Below are positions 30,547-40,939 of a stretch of DNA of 64,000 nt, piece by piece. Under the pieces are notes generated by a model, which was not told the DNA's origin, searched no databases, and was given only the letters and a program-made list of their open reading frames with translations. The stretch comes from Nanobdellota archaeon (GTDB lineage Archaea; Nanobdellota; Nanobdellia; Woesearchaeales; UBA9642): assembly GCA_021813435.1 (NCBI GenBank), contig JAKAKR010000012.1, positions 9,982 to 73,981 of the forward strand. The letters are read 5' to 3'. Each line of letters begins with the position of its first letter. Within the stretch, counting starts at the first letter, position 1. The position numbers were made by a program, and so were the translations under genes.

Positions 30547-30984
30547 CTAAAGCAGGTAGATTCCCGCAGCCACAATTATTCCGAGCAATATTCCTGCCAT
30601 GACCTGGAGGAGTGTATGCCCGTAGACGACAGTTAAGGGCTTCTCCTTTGCTTTCTTGAGAAGTTTATTCAATGCATCGCCCTGCAGGCCAACCTGGTAG
30701 CGGAGCCGGAATGCATCACTGATGATGATGAGGGAAAAGACGAGGGCAACAAAAAAGAGTGGGGAGAATCCTTCAGCAAAATATATTGCGGCAGTGATTG
30801 CGCTCACGACTGTGGAATGGCTCGAGGGCATCCCGCCGTTATGGAATCCATCCCTGATATCAGGATTTTTCTTCTGCGTAAGTGCAGTGAGGATGGTCTT
30901 GATGATAATAGAGAGTATCCATGCACTGGCAAATGCCACAAAAAGATAATTAAGCAAAAAACCCTGGAAGACGTTCATATCCAT
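30547..30984 (-). CDS. Divergent PAP2 family (DUF212) membrane protein
   Basis: GGMPSSHS, DA..LR..G, GHT..Q motifs. Confidence 0.9.
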   Translation of the reverse strand: MDMNVFQGFLLNYLFVAFASAWILSIIIKTILTALTQKKNPDIRDGFHNGGMPSSHSTVVSAITAAIYFAEGFSPLFFVALVFSLIIISDAFRLRYQVGLQGDALNKLLKKAKEKPLTVVYGHTLLQVMAGILLGIIVAAGIYLL

Positions 30985-31059
30985 AACACTGCTGTGGAAT
31001 TTATAAATTTATTCCCTGAGCTATTCCCTCATCGATTCCGGTATAGCTATGTCGGCGTA

Positions 31060-31422
31060 TTATAATGTGCTCGGTAGTGTTGCCGCAACATGTATCCCTG
31101 TCGCGACAAGCCCGGTCAAAAACAGCAGTGCCATGACAATAAAGAAAAGGTAGAGGATTGTCCAGAAAAACCCCAGGATAATTCCTGCGATTGCAAGACC
31201 GCGCCCGGATTCAGCAGTCCGTGTCATCTGATTGAGCGCTACAAAGCCGAATACAATGGCGACAATGGATGCAAAAGGGACAAAGAAGAATAACCCGAAT
31301 ATGAATGAGAGCACTGCAAGAATATTGGTCTCATGAGTCGTATGATGGATTGCTGCCGCATGCGTAGTGGCGCGTGCAGCCAGGGATGCATTTGTGTGTG
31401 ATCGCGTCCTTGTTTTCTTCAT
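31060..31422 (-). CDS. DUF4190-like membrane protein
   Basis: TNILAVLS..AIVFGFVALNQ...GRGLAIAGIILG. Confidence 0.8.
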   Translation of the reverse strand: MKKTRTRSHTNASLAARATTHAAAIHHTTHETNILAVLSFIFGLFFFVPFASIVAIVFGFVALNQMTRTAESGRGLAIAGIILGFFWTILYLFFIVMALLFLTGLVATGIHVAATLPSTL

Positions 31423-31455
31423 ATTGTTACCCGCTCAACAATCTTCTCTTCAATA

Positions 31456-31533
31456 AATAACTGATTTGAATAACGGATTGCAGTAACTGATTGCAGTAAC
31501 TGATTGCAGTAACCGATTTCAGTAACTGATACT
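31456..31533. repeat. Tandem array of six 13-bp units (consensus AGTAACTGATTGC)
   Basis: aataactgatttg aataacggattgc agtaactgattgc agtaactgattgc agtaaccgatttc agtaactgatact; no spacers. Confidence 0.9.
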
Positions 31534-31618
31534 ACGGCAGAGATAATTAACAAATTATTTAAATCTTCCCTTTCTCCAAGAGTATACCAATACATTTATA
31601 ATATACCCATCATTCAGG

Positions 31619-33682
31619 ATGGTTACATCGTGGGGGACCATGGCAAAAAAAGTAATACCAAAAAAGCGTAGCGTAACGCATGCCGCACGTACTGCAAGAA
31701 GTACAGCCAAAAAGGCTGCGCGCAACGTAAAAAAGGACAAGAATGTCCGTACGGTAAAGAGTAAGGACCGCGATTCCAAAGAGGCGGCAAAGACTCCTGT
31801 TCTAGATCTCAAGAATCTGAAGTATACTACGACCCAGGATATCCCTATTGCAACGCGCATGGTCGACCAGGTCATTGGCCAGGAAGATGCAGTCGAAGTC
31901 ATCAAGAAAGCAGCGCAGCAGCGCAGGCATGTCCTACTCATCGGAGAGCCAGGCACAGGTAAAAGTATGCTGGGCATGGCGCTTGCAGAATTATTGCCCA
32001 AGGAAAAACTTGTCGATGTCCTTGCACTCCCGAACCCGAATGATGAGAACCAGCCGCTCATCCGCACTATCGAATCAGGAAAGGGCCGCGAGGTTATCGC
32101 AAAAGCGCGGGTCGAGCATGCATCAGCATTCAAGACGCAAAATATCATCATATTCATCCTTGCAATCCTTGCACTGGTCGCGCCCTGGTGGATCCGCGAT
32201 TATTACAAGTCAGATATCATGTTTGCAGCATTCTTTCTTGGCGGCATGATGTTTCTTGGCGCATTTGTCATGTTTTTGAATTTAGGAAAAAAGATGATCA
32301 ACAGCGACGGCGGAGTGCCCAAGCTTGTGGTTGATAATTTTGACAAGAAGAATGTCCCATTCTATGATGCGACTGGCGCGCATGCCGGAGCGCTGCTCGG
32401 CGATGTCCTGCATGATCCCTTCCAATCCGGAGGGCTCGGCACACCTGCAAATGAACGTGTGGTTGCAGGAATGATCCACAAGGCGCACATGGGAGTCCTT
32501 TTTATCGACGAGATTTCAACCCTTGAGCCGGCAACGCAGCAGGATCTTTTGACTGCACTCCAGGAAGGAAAATATCCTATTACTGGCCAGAGCGAGCGAA
32601 GCGCTGGCGCAATGGTGCGAACCGAACCAGTCCCCTGCACATTCATCCTTGTCGCTGCAGGAAATATTGAGACAGTCCAGCATATGCATCCTGCACTCCG
32701 CTCCAGAATCCGCGGATACGGTTATGAAGTGTACATGCATGAGACCATGGTTGATACTCCGGAAAACCGCAACAAGATCGCAGTCTTTGTTGCGCAGGAA
32801 GTGATCAAGGATAAGAAGATCCCGCATTTCACCAAAGAGGCAGTAGAGTATATTATTGAAGAGGCGCGCCGCAAGGCAAACCGGAAAGGACACCTCTCGC
32901 TCATGTTCCGCGATCTTGGCGGACTCATCCGCGCTGCAGGCGATGTTGCGCGCGAATACCAGGCAGAATTCGTCAGCAAGGACCATATCGTGCAGGCGCG
33001 AAAGATTGCGCGACCATTAGAACAGCAGATCTCAGACAAGTTCATTGAACGCAAAAAGGAGTATGAAGTCATTGTCGTGACCGGCAAGAAGATCGGGCGC
33101 GTGAACGGGCTTGCAGTCATCGGCGCAGGAATCAATTATTCCGGAATCGTTCTGCCTATCGAAGCAGAGGTCACGCCAGGCGGCAAGGAAAGCGAAATCA
33201 TCGCGACCGGAAAATTAGGAGAGATTGCAAAAGAGGCAATCAAGAATGTTTCTGCAATCATCAAGAAATATTTCGGCGAGGACATCAAGGAGACCAAGGA
33301 TGTCTATGTCCAGTTCCTGCAGACCTATGAAGGTGTCGAGGGCGACAGTGCATCCATTGCCGTTGCAACAACCATCATCTCTGCATTAAAGAAGATCCCC
33401 ATCAAGCAGGATTATGCCATGACGGGCTCATTGTCAGTGCGCGGCGAAGTACTGCCCATCGGCGGGGTATCTGCAAAGATCGAGGCTGCAATCGCGGCAG
33501 GCATCAAGAATGTGATTGTCCCCAAGAGCAATGTGAAGGATATCATTATCGATGCTGAAAAGCTTGCACACATCACGGTTATCCCGGTCGAGAATATCAC
33601 TGAAGTTCTCAAGGAAGTTCTGGACTGGAATGAACACCACGATGTTCTTAAGAAGATCGAGCAGGTCAACCGCAAGGGATAA
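31619..33682 (+). CDS. lonB: Membrane-bound ATP-dependent protease LonB
   Basis: GEPGTGKS Walker A, TM insertion, LFIDE, EGDSAS catalytic Ser, IGGVSAK. Confidence 0.96.
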   Translation: MVTSWGTMAKKVIPKKRSVTHAARTARSTAKKAARNVKKDKNVRTVKSKDRDSKEAAKTPVLDLKNLKYTTTQDIPIATRMVDQVIGQEDAVEVIKKAAQQRRHVLLIGEPGTGKSMLGMALAELLPKEKLVDVLALPNPNDENQPLIRTIESGKGREVIAKARVEHASAFKTQNIIIFILAILALVAPWWIRDYYKSDIMFAAFFLGGMMFLGAFVMFLNLGKKMINSDGGVPKLVVDNFDKKNVPFYDATGAHAGALLGDVLHDPFQSGGLGTPANERVVAGMIHKAHMGVLFIDEISTLEPATQQDLLTALQEGKYPITGQSERSAGAMVRTEPVPCTFILVAAGNIETVQHMHPALRSRIRGYGYEVYMHETMVDTPENRNKIAVFVAQEVIKDKKIPHFTKEAVEYIIEEARRKANRKGHLSLMFRDLGGLIRAAGDVAREYQAEFVSKDHIVQARKIARPLEQQISDKFIERKKEYEVIVVTGKKIGRVNGLAVIGAGINYSGIVLPIEAEVTPGGKESEIIATGKLGEIAKEAIKNVSAIIKKYFGEDIKETKDVYVQFLQTYEGVEGDSASIAVATTIISALKKIPIKQDYAMTGSLSVRGEVLPIGGVSAKIEAAIAAGIKNVIVPKSNVKDIIIDAEKLAHITVIPVENITEVLKEVLDWNEHHDVLKKIEQVNRKG

Positions 33683-33721
33683 GAAGTCTACGCGCAGGAT
33701 CACCAGTGAATCCTGAATCAA

Positions 33722-35230
33722 TTATTGGATCGCATACACCTTGTTTTTCTCATAATACTCTTTTGCATAATCGAGTGATTGCTCATTGTTTGCGTAGAGT
33801 GTCACAAGCGCATCGCCGACCTGCACAATATCGCCGACCTTCTTATGCAGGTATACTCCTGCCTCCTTGGTCTTGGGAGCGCCGCAGAATCGCGCCATGC
33901 GCGAGATATCATGGTTATTGATTGCGCGCACTACACCCTTGCGCTGCGCAGTGAATGTGTGATGGAATTTTGCAAGTTGCGGCAATTTCTTTTTGCCCTG
34001 CGCTGCGATGATGTCCATGAATTTCTCATAAGCCCTTCCGGATTGCAATAATTCAACAACAGCCTGCTGCGCCTTCTTCCGGTTTCCGAGATGCATTGCA
34101 AGAAGCTCTGTTGCCATAAGTATTGTCTTTGCACGCAGATCTTTTGGTGCATCAATATCATTGCGCAAAACTTTAAGGACATCAATTGCCTCAAGGAGCG
34201 GTCCAACCCCGTTGCCGATGGGCGATGAACCATCAGTAAGAATGATCTTGATATTCATGCCGAGCGCCCGTCCAATGGTCGTGAACTGCTTGCGCAAAAG
34301 CCGCGCGCGCGACCAGGTCTTAACCTTTGCATGTTCTGCAACCGGGATATCGATCAGGATATCGGTCGAACCTACAGAGAATTTTTTTGCAAGAATGCTT
34401 GCAAGCATGAGCCCGTCAGTGTCAATGCTTAAGGGATGCTCGATGCGCAGGATCTTGTCATCTGCGGGCGCAAGATTCAATGCCCCGCCCCAGACAATGC
34501 AGGCATTGGTCGACTGGACAACCTGCTGCAATTTTTCTGCAGAAAGCGAAACCTCTGCAAGCACTTCCATGGTGTCTGCAGTTCCTGCAGGACTCGTGAT
34601 TGCGCGTGATGAAGTCTTGGGGATCTTGAGACCGTATGCCGCAATGATGGGGATGACGCACATCGTCGTCCTGTTCCCTGCGACCCCGCCGACACAATGC
34701 TTATCATAGATGTGTTCCTGCGGCGATGCGCGAAGATCAAGTTTTTCTCCTGTCTCGACAATGGCGCGCGTAAGCGCGATGACTTCACTTGTCGAGAGCC
34801 CATGCGCGTAGCATGCTGAGACAAAATAAGTCATCTCAATACTCGTGATCCGTCCCTTTACGATATCCTCGATGATTGTTGCAATCTCAGTTGCAGTGAG
34901 CGTTCTGCCATTCAATTTTCCCTTGATATAGGAGAGTGATACTGGACTATCCTCGCGGGATATCTGTACACGCATGCCTTCTTTAATCCCGAGAAGTGCT
35001 GAAACTTCTTCCATCAATGCAATAGTGTCCTTGCGCAATTTCTTGTTGTCATAGAAATCGACTACTGCAATCACTTCGCGCCCATTCTTGGGATTAGTGA
35101 CCTTTACACGTTCACCAAGGTGAAAGTCGAGTTCAGCGCAAGCCTCGCGATTCAGGACAACAACAGGCACTACACCTGTTGCAATAGGTATGGTCTTGAC
35201 CTTGAAATCCATCATATCACTCCATAACAT
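33722..35230 (-). CDS. AMP phosphorylase (thymidine phosphorylase family)
   Basis: N-terminal extra domain, DKHCVGGVAGN, KTSSRAITSPAGTADTMEVL, LNLAPADD, SILAKK. Confidence 0.92.
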   Translation of the reverse strand: MLWSDMMDFKVKTIPIATGVVPVVVLNREACAELDFHLGERVKVTNPKNGREVIAVVDFYDNKKLRKDTIALMEEVSALLGIKEGMRVQISREDSPVSLSYIKGKLNGRTLTATEIATIIEDIVKGRITSIEMTYFVSACYAHGLSTSEVIALTRAIVETGEKLDLRASPQEHIYDKHCVGGVAGNRTTMCVIPIIAAYGLKIPKTSSRAITSPAGTADTMEVLAEVSLSAEKLQQVVQSTNACIVWGGALNLAPADDKILRIEHPLSIDTDGLMLASILAKKFSVGSTDILIDIPVAEHAKVKTWSRARLLRKQFTTIGRALGMNIKIILTDGSSPIGNGVGPLLEAIDVLKVLRNDIDAPKDLRAKTILMATELLAMHLGNRKKAQQAVVELLQSGRAYEKFMDIIAAQGKKKLPQLAKFHHTFTAQRKGVVRAINNHDISRMARFCGAPKTKEAGVYLHKKVGDIVQVGDALVTLYANNEQSLDYAKEYYEKNKVYAIQ

Positions 35231-35269
35231 ATCACTCTATAATATATCACTCTATATATCACTCTATAA
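35213..35269 (-). repeat. Four tandem copies of a 12-15-bp unit (TTATRGAGTGATATR) overlapping the AMP phosphorylase translation start
   Basis: Plus strand reads catatcactccataa catatcactctataa tatatcactcta tatatcactctataa. Confidence 0.85.
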
Positions 35270-35303
35270 CATTCTATTTCACAACATATTCCACAAAAAT
35301 TAA

Positions 35304-36599
35304 TTATAAATCTATCTCGTGACCTACCGCAGGACCATAGGTACGGTATCCCTCCTGTTCAGCCCAGGTGCAAAGATTATTGACTGCATCCTCATCACCA
35401 TGCTGGAAGATGACGATCTTTGGCTTGAGGAGATTGACAAATGTTTTGAGTTCTGCATCATCAGAGTGGCCGGAAAAATCAAATTTTTCGACAGCGCAGC
35501 GCACAGTGGTCTTCCATCCCTTCAGGTAGAGATAGCCTTCATCGACGAGCGTGCGCCCATTCGTGCGTTTGCATTGGAATCCGGTGAGAAATATCGCATT
35601 ATTGGGATCGCCCCAGATATTCTCGATATATTCCATGACCGGGCCGCCCTGGACCATTCCTGAGGTGGTGATGAATATCGCGCGCTGGTTCATGATCTTT
35701 TGCCGCTGCTGCTCTTGGCGAACAAGAGTAACCTTGCGAAACATCTGGCGAAGCGTTGCTGTTCCTGTAAGATAAGAAGGATCTTTTTTGAGGATGATAT
35801 CAGTCATATCAACGCACATCCCGTCAAAATAGATGGGAACATTCCATTTGCGTTTTGCAAGGATGATAAGGATTTCCTGCGCGCGTCCAAGACTAAAGAC
35901 CGGGATGACGACTGCGCCCTGCTGCGTGACCTCTGCAACGCGGTCCAGAAAGTGTTCTTCGAGTGGCGCGCGTTCGGGAAGCGTCTTATCGCCATACGTG
36001 CTTTCACTGATGAGGATATCAATATCTTTAAGATCGCCATTGGTAAGGTATTTTTGTGATGAATCACGCGCGCCAGTCATGAGTTTTGTGGTCGAGAGTT
36101 TGAAGTCCCCGGTATACAATATTTTCTTTCCTTCTGTCTTTATGAGAATCATCGCGCTCCCCGGGATATGCCCTGCGTTCAGGAATTTGAATGTGATCCC
36201 CTGCGCAGTATATTCCTTGTCGAAATTGACAATGTTTGTTGCCGCATATACCTTCTTGAGGTCAGGCTTCTGGTAGGCCGGGTGCAAGTGCTTGATGCGC
36301 GCGATCTTATAAGAATCCTTGAGAAGTATTTTAGTGAGTTCACGGGTCTGCTGAGTGCAATAGATTGGGCAGATAAGATTAAAATGTTCAAAGAGCGGGA
36401 GTGAACCGGTATGGTCCAGATGGGCGTGGCTGAGGAATAATCCGTCGATGTGGGGCAGATCAAAGACCTTGAACGGCGCCTCAAACCCGTGTTCCTTGAA
36501 TTTGAGTCCTGCATCGAGAAGATAACGATTCCCATTCGTAATTAACTCAATACAACTCTTTCCCACCTCTTTTGCTCCACCATGAAAAATAAATTTCAT
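35304..36599 (-). CDS. Beta-CASP metallo-beta-lactamase ribonuclease
   Basis: GGAKEVGKS, SHAHLDH, AGHIPGS, YTGD, ESTYG, FSGH, QHG motifs; start at MKFIFHG. Confidence 0.92.
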   Translation of the reverse strand: MKFIFHGGAKEVGKSCIELITNGNRYLLDAGLKFKEHGFEAPFKVFDLPHIDGLFLSHAHLDHTGSLPLFEHFNLICPIYCTQQTRELTKILLKDSYKIARIKHLHPAYQKPDLKKVYAATNIVNFDKEYTAQGITFKFLNAGHIPGSAMILIKTEGKKILYTGDFKLSTTKLMTGARDSSQKYLTNGDLKDIDILISESTYGDKTLPERAPLEEHFLDRVAEVTQQGAVVIPVFSLGRAQEILIILAKRKWNVPIYFDGMCVDMTDIILKKDPSYLTGTATLRQMFRKVTLVRQEQQRQKIMNQRAIFITTSGMVQGGPVMEYIENIWGDPNNAIFLTGFQCKRTNGRTLVDEGYLYLKGWKTTVRCAVEKFDFSGHSDDAELKTFVNLLKPKIVIFQHGDEDAVNNLCTWAEQEGYRTYGPAVGHEIDL

Positions 36600-36742
36600 G
36601 AATATCAGATAAACTGCAAGATAAAGCATATATAAAGTTTATTAATTTACTGGACTCCTTTCAAAAAGTCGTTTTTGTGGTCATCATCATAGCGCAATCC
36701 GCGCCTCGCGGATAGAACTTCTCTAGAACAGTAGGGCAATCA

Positions 36743-37216
36743 TTATCTTTGGAAGAATACACCAGAATTGACGTGAAACTCTGGTCGATCCTTAAACCGC
36801 TGTGCTGCGGGCGTATTGGGGAATGGGATAATATAGGTTAATGTTGCGCAGGAAAATCCTTTCTCAGTAAAATCTTTCTTGAACTTGATGTATCCCATGT
36901 CAACAGAGGGTAGTGGGCAGGCAGTGTAAATAAAATTCTGGATTTCGTATGATTCATGCAATTCGTGATCTGTAAGTTCTGCAAAAATCAGTGCGAGAAG
37001 CACATTCATGCCCGCAATACTTTTCTTCGGATTCTTGGATACTGCAAGGATATACTCATTATCGATCATATCAGTGTAAAGGTTTTTTGGATTGCGCAAG
37101 GGCATATTCCAGCGATCAAATGGTTTTTTGAAAGATTCTACACTCTGAACAAGGGGATGGGCTGAAACAATGCTTGCGATTGAATCCAATTCTTTGCTCT
37201 CCATGGGATGCTCCAA
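36743..37216 (-). CDS. Hypothetical protein
   Basis: 157-aa ORF filling the gap; no recognised motif. Confidence 0.55.
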   Translation of the reverse strand: MEHPMESKELDSIASIVSAHPLVQSVESFKKPFDRWNMPLRNPKNLYTDMIDNEYILAVSKNPKKSIAGMNVLLALIFAELTDHELHESYEIQNFIYTACPLPSVDMGYIKFKKDFTEKGFSCATLTYIIPFPNTPAAQRFKDRPEFHVNSGVFFQR

Positions 37217-37300
37217 GTCTTGCCGTAGAGTTATACATCATGGTCATACCGATAGTGATATAACATAAAAAGATAAAAAAATGAAAAGTAAAAATAGTGC

Positions 37301-38702
37301 TCAGAATACAAATTTGACGAGCAGCACAATGATGAATGCAAGCAGGATCACTGCTGCAACAACAAGCAGTACAAGATATGCCGGACTGTCAAAGAGTGAT
37401 TTGGATCCATAGACCGGTGCACTTACACCTTCAGGATAGGAAACCGGTGCTGCTGTCTGGACGCATTGTCCTGCCTGGCATTGGTATCCTGTTCCGCAGG
37501 AGGTAACTGCACTGAGTGTTCCTGTCGCGCTGCAGCGCTGATAGCTTGTACCCGAGACGCAGAATTGCTGCCCATAATTAGTGCATTGCGCATTCGGGTT
37601 ATTGTTTGAATTGTCATTGCCGCATGCTGCTACAGTCACAGGGATTATTGCAGTGCCGCTGTCTGAGCTGGAGTCATAATACGTACTTACAAGGATATTG
37701 TATTGTCCGGGCTTTACAGTGCTTGGGACCTGGAATGAGTAAGTCTTTCTCCAGATGCTGTCAGTGTCGAGGCTGATTCCTGCAAAATCCTGGTTGAGGA
37801 GGAAATCATTGCTGAGGAGATTGACCCGCATCTTGTTTTCATTATGCGCGCCAGTGTTTTTGACATTGAGATTCACTGTCACAGTGCGATCGCAGGATAC
37901 AGTTGAAGGCATAGCAGTTGCGGATTGGACAGTGAGTTCATGGGATTCACGCTTGACATCGATATCAAATGAATAACTCCCGCCATGGGTTGCACCATTC
38001 TCATCACGTCCACGTAAAGTGACATCGACATGGTATGTGTCAGTATTGATATCAGAAGGGACGCTAAAGGAGAAATCTGCAGTGTCCTTGTCACCGTAGC
38101 GCAGATCACTAAAGTCAAGGCTTTCATCAATATCAAGATCGCCATTGTAGACATCAGCAGTGATGTCCCGCATGCGTACATCGCTGGAATATTCGTTGCG
38201 CACAGTTATCGTAACCTTAACCTTGTCTCCGGGCTTTGCCTTGAATGTTCCGCCAGTACTGATTGATTTTGAACTGTCTGTGGTCTCCAGATAGATCTTT
38301 GAGACATCAAGATTGTTCTGCGCAGTCATGTAGATGTTTGCAATGCGCGTGATGCCGTTCAGGTTCGTGGTGGCAGTGATTGTTCCGATATTAGTCTTTC
38401 CTGCATTGGCAGAGAGCGGGACATAGATACTCATCAGAACATCAGTTGCAGCTCCTGGTGCAAGCGTGACTGTTGCAGGCGAGAATGTGACGCGATAATC
38501 AGGACCTAAGGTTGTGGAGAGTGTAACAGTCATTGATTGGTTCTGATCATTTGCGATATGGACTGTTGCAGTCGTAGTCTGTCCGCGCTGCTGGGTGTTT
38601 GATCCCACAGAAACATCAGTGATGCTGAATGCAGCGACAGTAGTTGCAGTAAGCATGAATGCTACTGCAAAAAGCATTAAAGCGAAAAGCAGTTTTCTCA
38701 TT
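37301..38702 (-). CDS. Surface (S-layer-like) protein with Ig/CARDB-like domains, a Cys-rich module and a C-terminal TM anchor
   Basis: Signal peptide MRKLLFALMLFAVAF, beta-rich domains, C-x-rich module QFCVSGTSYQRC..CGTGYQCQAGQC, TM anchor. Confidence 0.8.
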
Positions 38703-38938
38703 GTGTATACCCCCGGTCGTTGATGAAAGCATCGATATACAATCATCACATAAAAATCATTAAGTTGTTACTACGGAGTGATTTCTCATTTATAAAGTTT
38801 ATGGTTTAGGGGACTTTGCACAATATACCGCAGACAGGATACCATAAGATAGAATACGCATCAGTAGCAGTCTTCGCGCAATACTCCACAGTGTATATAC
38901 AGATAATATGCAAAGGGGTTGCCTGCGTCTCAAAGAAA

Positions 38939-39553
38939 TCATAACCCATAATTGTATTCATCCTTCCAAGGAATATCTGCGCTCGTGAATTCCTTTTTGA
39001 GGCGCAATTTCGCCTCCTGAAGGACTGGGAGGAGTGCAGGAAAATTTTTCACATGCGGATCAGCATATACGGGAAAGACCTCAGGCATATGGTGCAATGC
39101 TACCCCTACGTCAAGAGCGTGCGCAATGCATTCAATTTTTTCCAGCGCCTTGATATACTTTGCCTCAGCGCTCGACACATGCTCATATTCTTCCCATAGT
39201 GCGGTTAATTCAGCGGAGAGCGCGGGATCGAGTGGGGCGCAAATAATCTTGATAGCTGCAGCTTCCTGTGCATGTTTTTCTGTTTTAGAAATTTTCCCCT
39301 TGACCACCAGAGTATAATCCACATCACCATGGATACATTCAACAATATCATGGACAAGCGCGATCTTTACTGCCTTAAATAAATCAATATCCAAGGCAAG
39401 CTCTTCACCGAGCGTGAACGCCATGATCGCAACTCTCCACGTATGCGCAGCAGTCGATTCCTTGAACTCAAGTGAAGCCGCGCTAAACCTATCAGTATAC
39501 TTCAATCGCTCAATAATAGTCAGAAACTTGAAATAGTTCTCGAGAGGAGTCAT
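38939..39553 (-). CDS. HD-domain phosphohydrolase (YfbR/HDDC2-like)
   Basis: LKYTDR, ESTAAHTWR, LVHDIVE..GD, LWEEYE. Confidence 0.85.
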   Translation of the reverse strand: MTPLENYFKFLTIIERLKYTDRFSAASLEFKESTAAHTWRVAIMAFTLGEELALDIDLFKAVKIALVHDIVECIHGDVDYTLVVKGKISKTEKHAQEAAAIKIICAPLDPALSAELTALWEEYEHVSSAEAKYIKALEKIECIAHALDVGVALHHMPEVFPVYADPHVKNFPALLPVLQEAKLRLKKEFTSADIPWKDEYNYGL

Positions 39554-39567
39554 AAAGATAAGATCAT

Positions 39568-40344
39568 CTATCCGCTGCGTTTCCCGAAATTGAACATGTT
39601 GGAGAGATCGACCTTGTCTTCTTCATACGCATCTTTGGGTTTTACATTCTTTGGCTTTTCCTTGATCTCGCGGGTATGCTCCTCAAGCGGTCCATCCTCT
39701 TCCATCATCTTAGTAAGTTTTTCAGAATCCAGAACAACATTTTCCTTAGGCGTCTCTTCATGTTCCGGGGCAGGCGCTGCTGCGGGTGCAGGTTCTGGCG
39801 TCGGGAGCGGGGTCTCTTCAACTATGTTTGCCTCAGGGATGGATTGCACTACAGGCGCTGCAGGCGCTGTGGGCGCATCTTTTGCTGCTGCGCGCTCTGC
39901 TTGCATTTTTTCATACTGGTCCTCAAGCGGTGTCAAGTCTGCGTGTTCAGCAGCGATTTGCCCAAGCATCAAATCCTTGAGCGATCCCTTGCCAAGATTC
40001 ACATCAGTATGCGCTTCTTCCAATTGGACCTTTTTTTCATGAATAGATTCATCGACTGGTTTTGCGCCGAGAGGTTTCACGAGTACATTATCCTGATTAC
40101 GCGGGGCAATAGGCGGGGCTTGCGGTTTTGCCTGCACGCGCGGTGTTCCAAGATTCTTAGTCGTGCTCAAGAATTCCTGGGCTTTCTGGTGCTCGCTATC
40201 AAACCGCTTTTGCACATTATCCTCGACACCGACCATCTCTTCAGCCATCATCCGTGCCTGACTGTCAGAGCGCGCCATTCCAGAAGATTTTAATGTTGCC
40301 GCAAGGCTTGCAATCCGTTCTTCACGCGTTGTCATCATCATCAC
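39568..40344 (-). CDS. Hypothetical largely disordered acidic, Pro-rich protein
   Basis: Helical N-terminus, PAPAAAP tracts, VDLSNMFNFG C-terminal motif; upstream TATA-like box. Confidence 0.7.
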   Translation of the reverse strand: MMMMTTREERIASLAATLKSSGMARSDSQARMMAEEMVGVEDNVQKRFDSEHQKAQEFLSTTKNLGTPRVQAKPQAPPIAPRNQDNVLVKPLGAKPVDESIHEKKVQLEEAHTDVNLGKGSLKDLMLGQIAAEHADLTPLEDQYEKMQAERAAAKDAPTAPAAPVVQSIPEANIVEETPLPTPEPAPAAAPAPEHEETPKENVVLDSEKLTKMMEEDGPLEEHTREIKEKPKNVKPKDAYEEDKVDLSNMFNFGKRSG

Positions 40345-40422
40345 CCTTGACCCATCATAGAGATAATGGTATCAATTATTAGAGAATGAATCATTGCCTG
40401 CAAGATATATAAATGTTGTTAT

Positions 40423-40935
40423 TTATCGTATGGTCCCGAATTCGTCTCCCTTGAGATGAAAGAGGCGTTTTGCATTCCGGTCCATCACTGCGCTATGGAC
40501 GACTTTTCCAATGAAGAATGTATGATCCGCAAAATCAATGGTCTCAATAATCTCGCATTCAAGAAACGCTGCAGCTTCCCTGACCCTGCAACAATCAATC
40601 TTTTCACAGTCCAGTTTTCCAAGACCGGTCTTTGCGAATTTGTCCTCGAAATTTCCTGAATGCCTGCCGCAGTACAATACTTCGCCGGCCTTAGAGTGCG
40701 GCACGAAATTTATGCAAAAGACACCGCTTTCCTTGATAAGAGTGTGCGAGAATCGCGTCTTTCCAATCGCAATGCCATAAAGAAAGGGTTCGACATTGAT
40801 CATCGTATGCCAGTCGACAGTGATAAGATTATCCTTGACTGTTGTTCTGCCGACAAGTGTCGCATTTCCCCTGCAGGATACAAGGACTGTCTGCAAAGGG
40901 TTGATGATTTCAGAAAAGTTTGGCATGGGATGCAC
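40423..40935 (-). CDS. Flavin reductase family protein (DIM6/NTAB-like)
   Basis: YCGRHSG..DKF, LECE..ADHTFFIGKV. Confidence 0.88.
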   Translation of the reverse strand: MHPMPNFSEIINPLQTVLVSCRGNATLVGRTTVKDNLITVDWHTMINVEPFLYGIAIGKTRFSHTLIKESGVFCINFVPHSKAGEVLYCGRHSGNFEDKFAKTGLGKLDCEKIDCCRVREAAAFLECEIIETIDFADHTFFIGKVVHSAVMDRNAKRLFHLKGDEFGTIR

Positions 40936-40939
40936 GTGA

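Noticed and set aside
31456..31533. Possible CRISPR array
   Set aside because: Units are 13 bp and directly adjacent with no unique spacers; no cas genes in the window
38805..38925. Possible fifth palindrome copy (CTTTGCA...TGCAAAG)
   Set aside because: Only a short stem is evident and the AAAAAT/ATTTTT core is missing; too weak to call by eye
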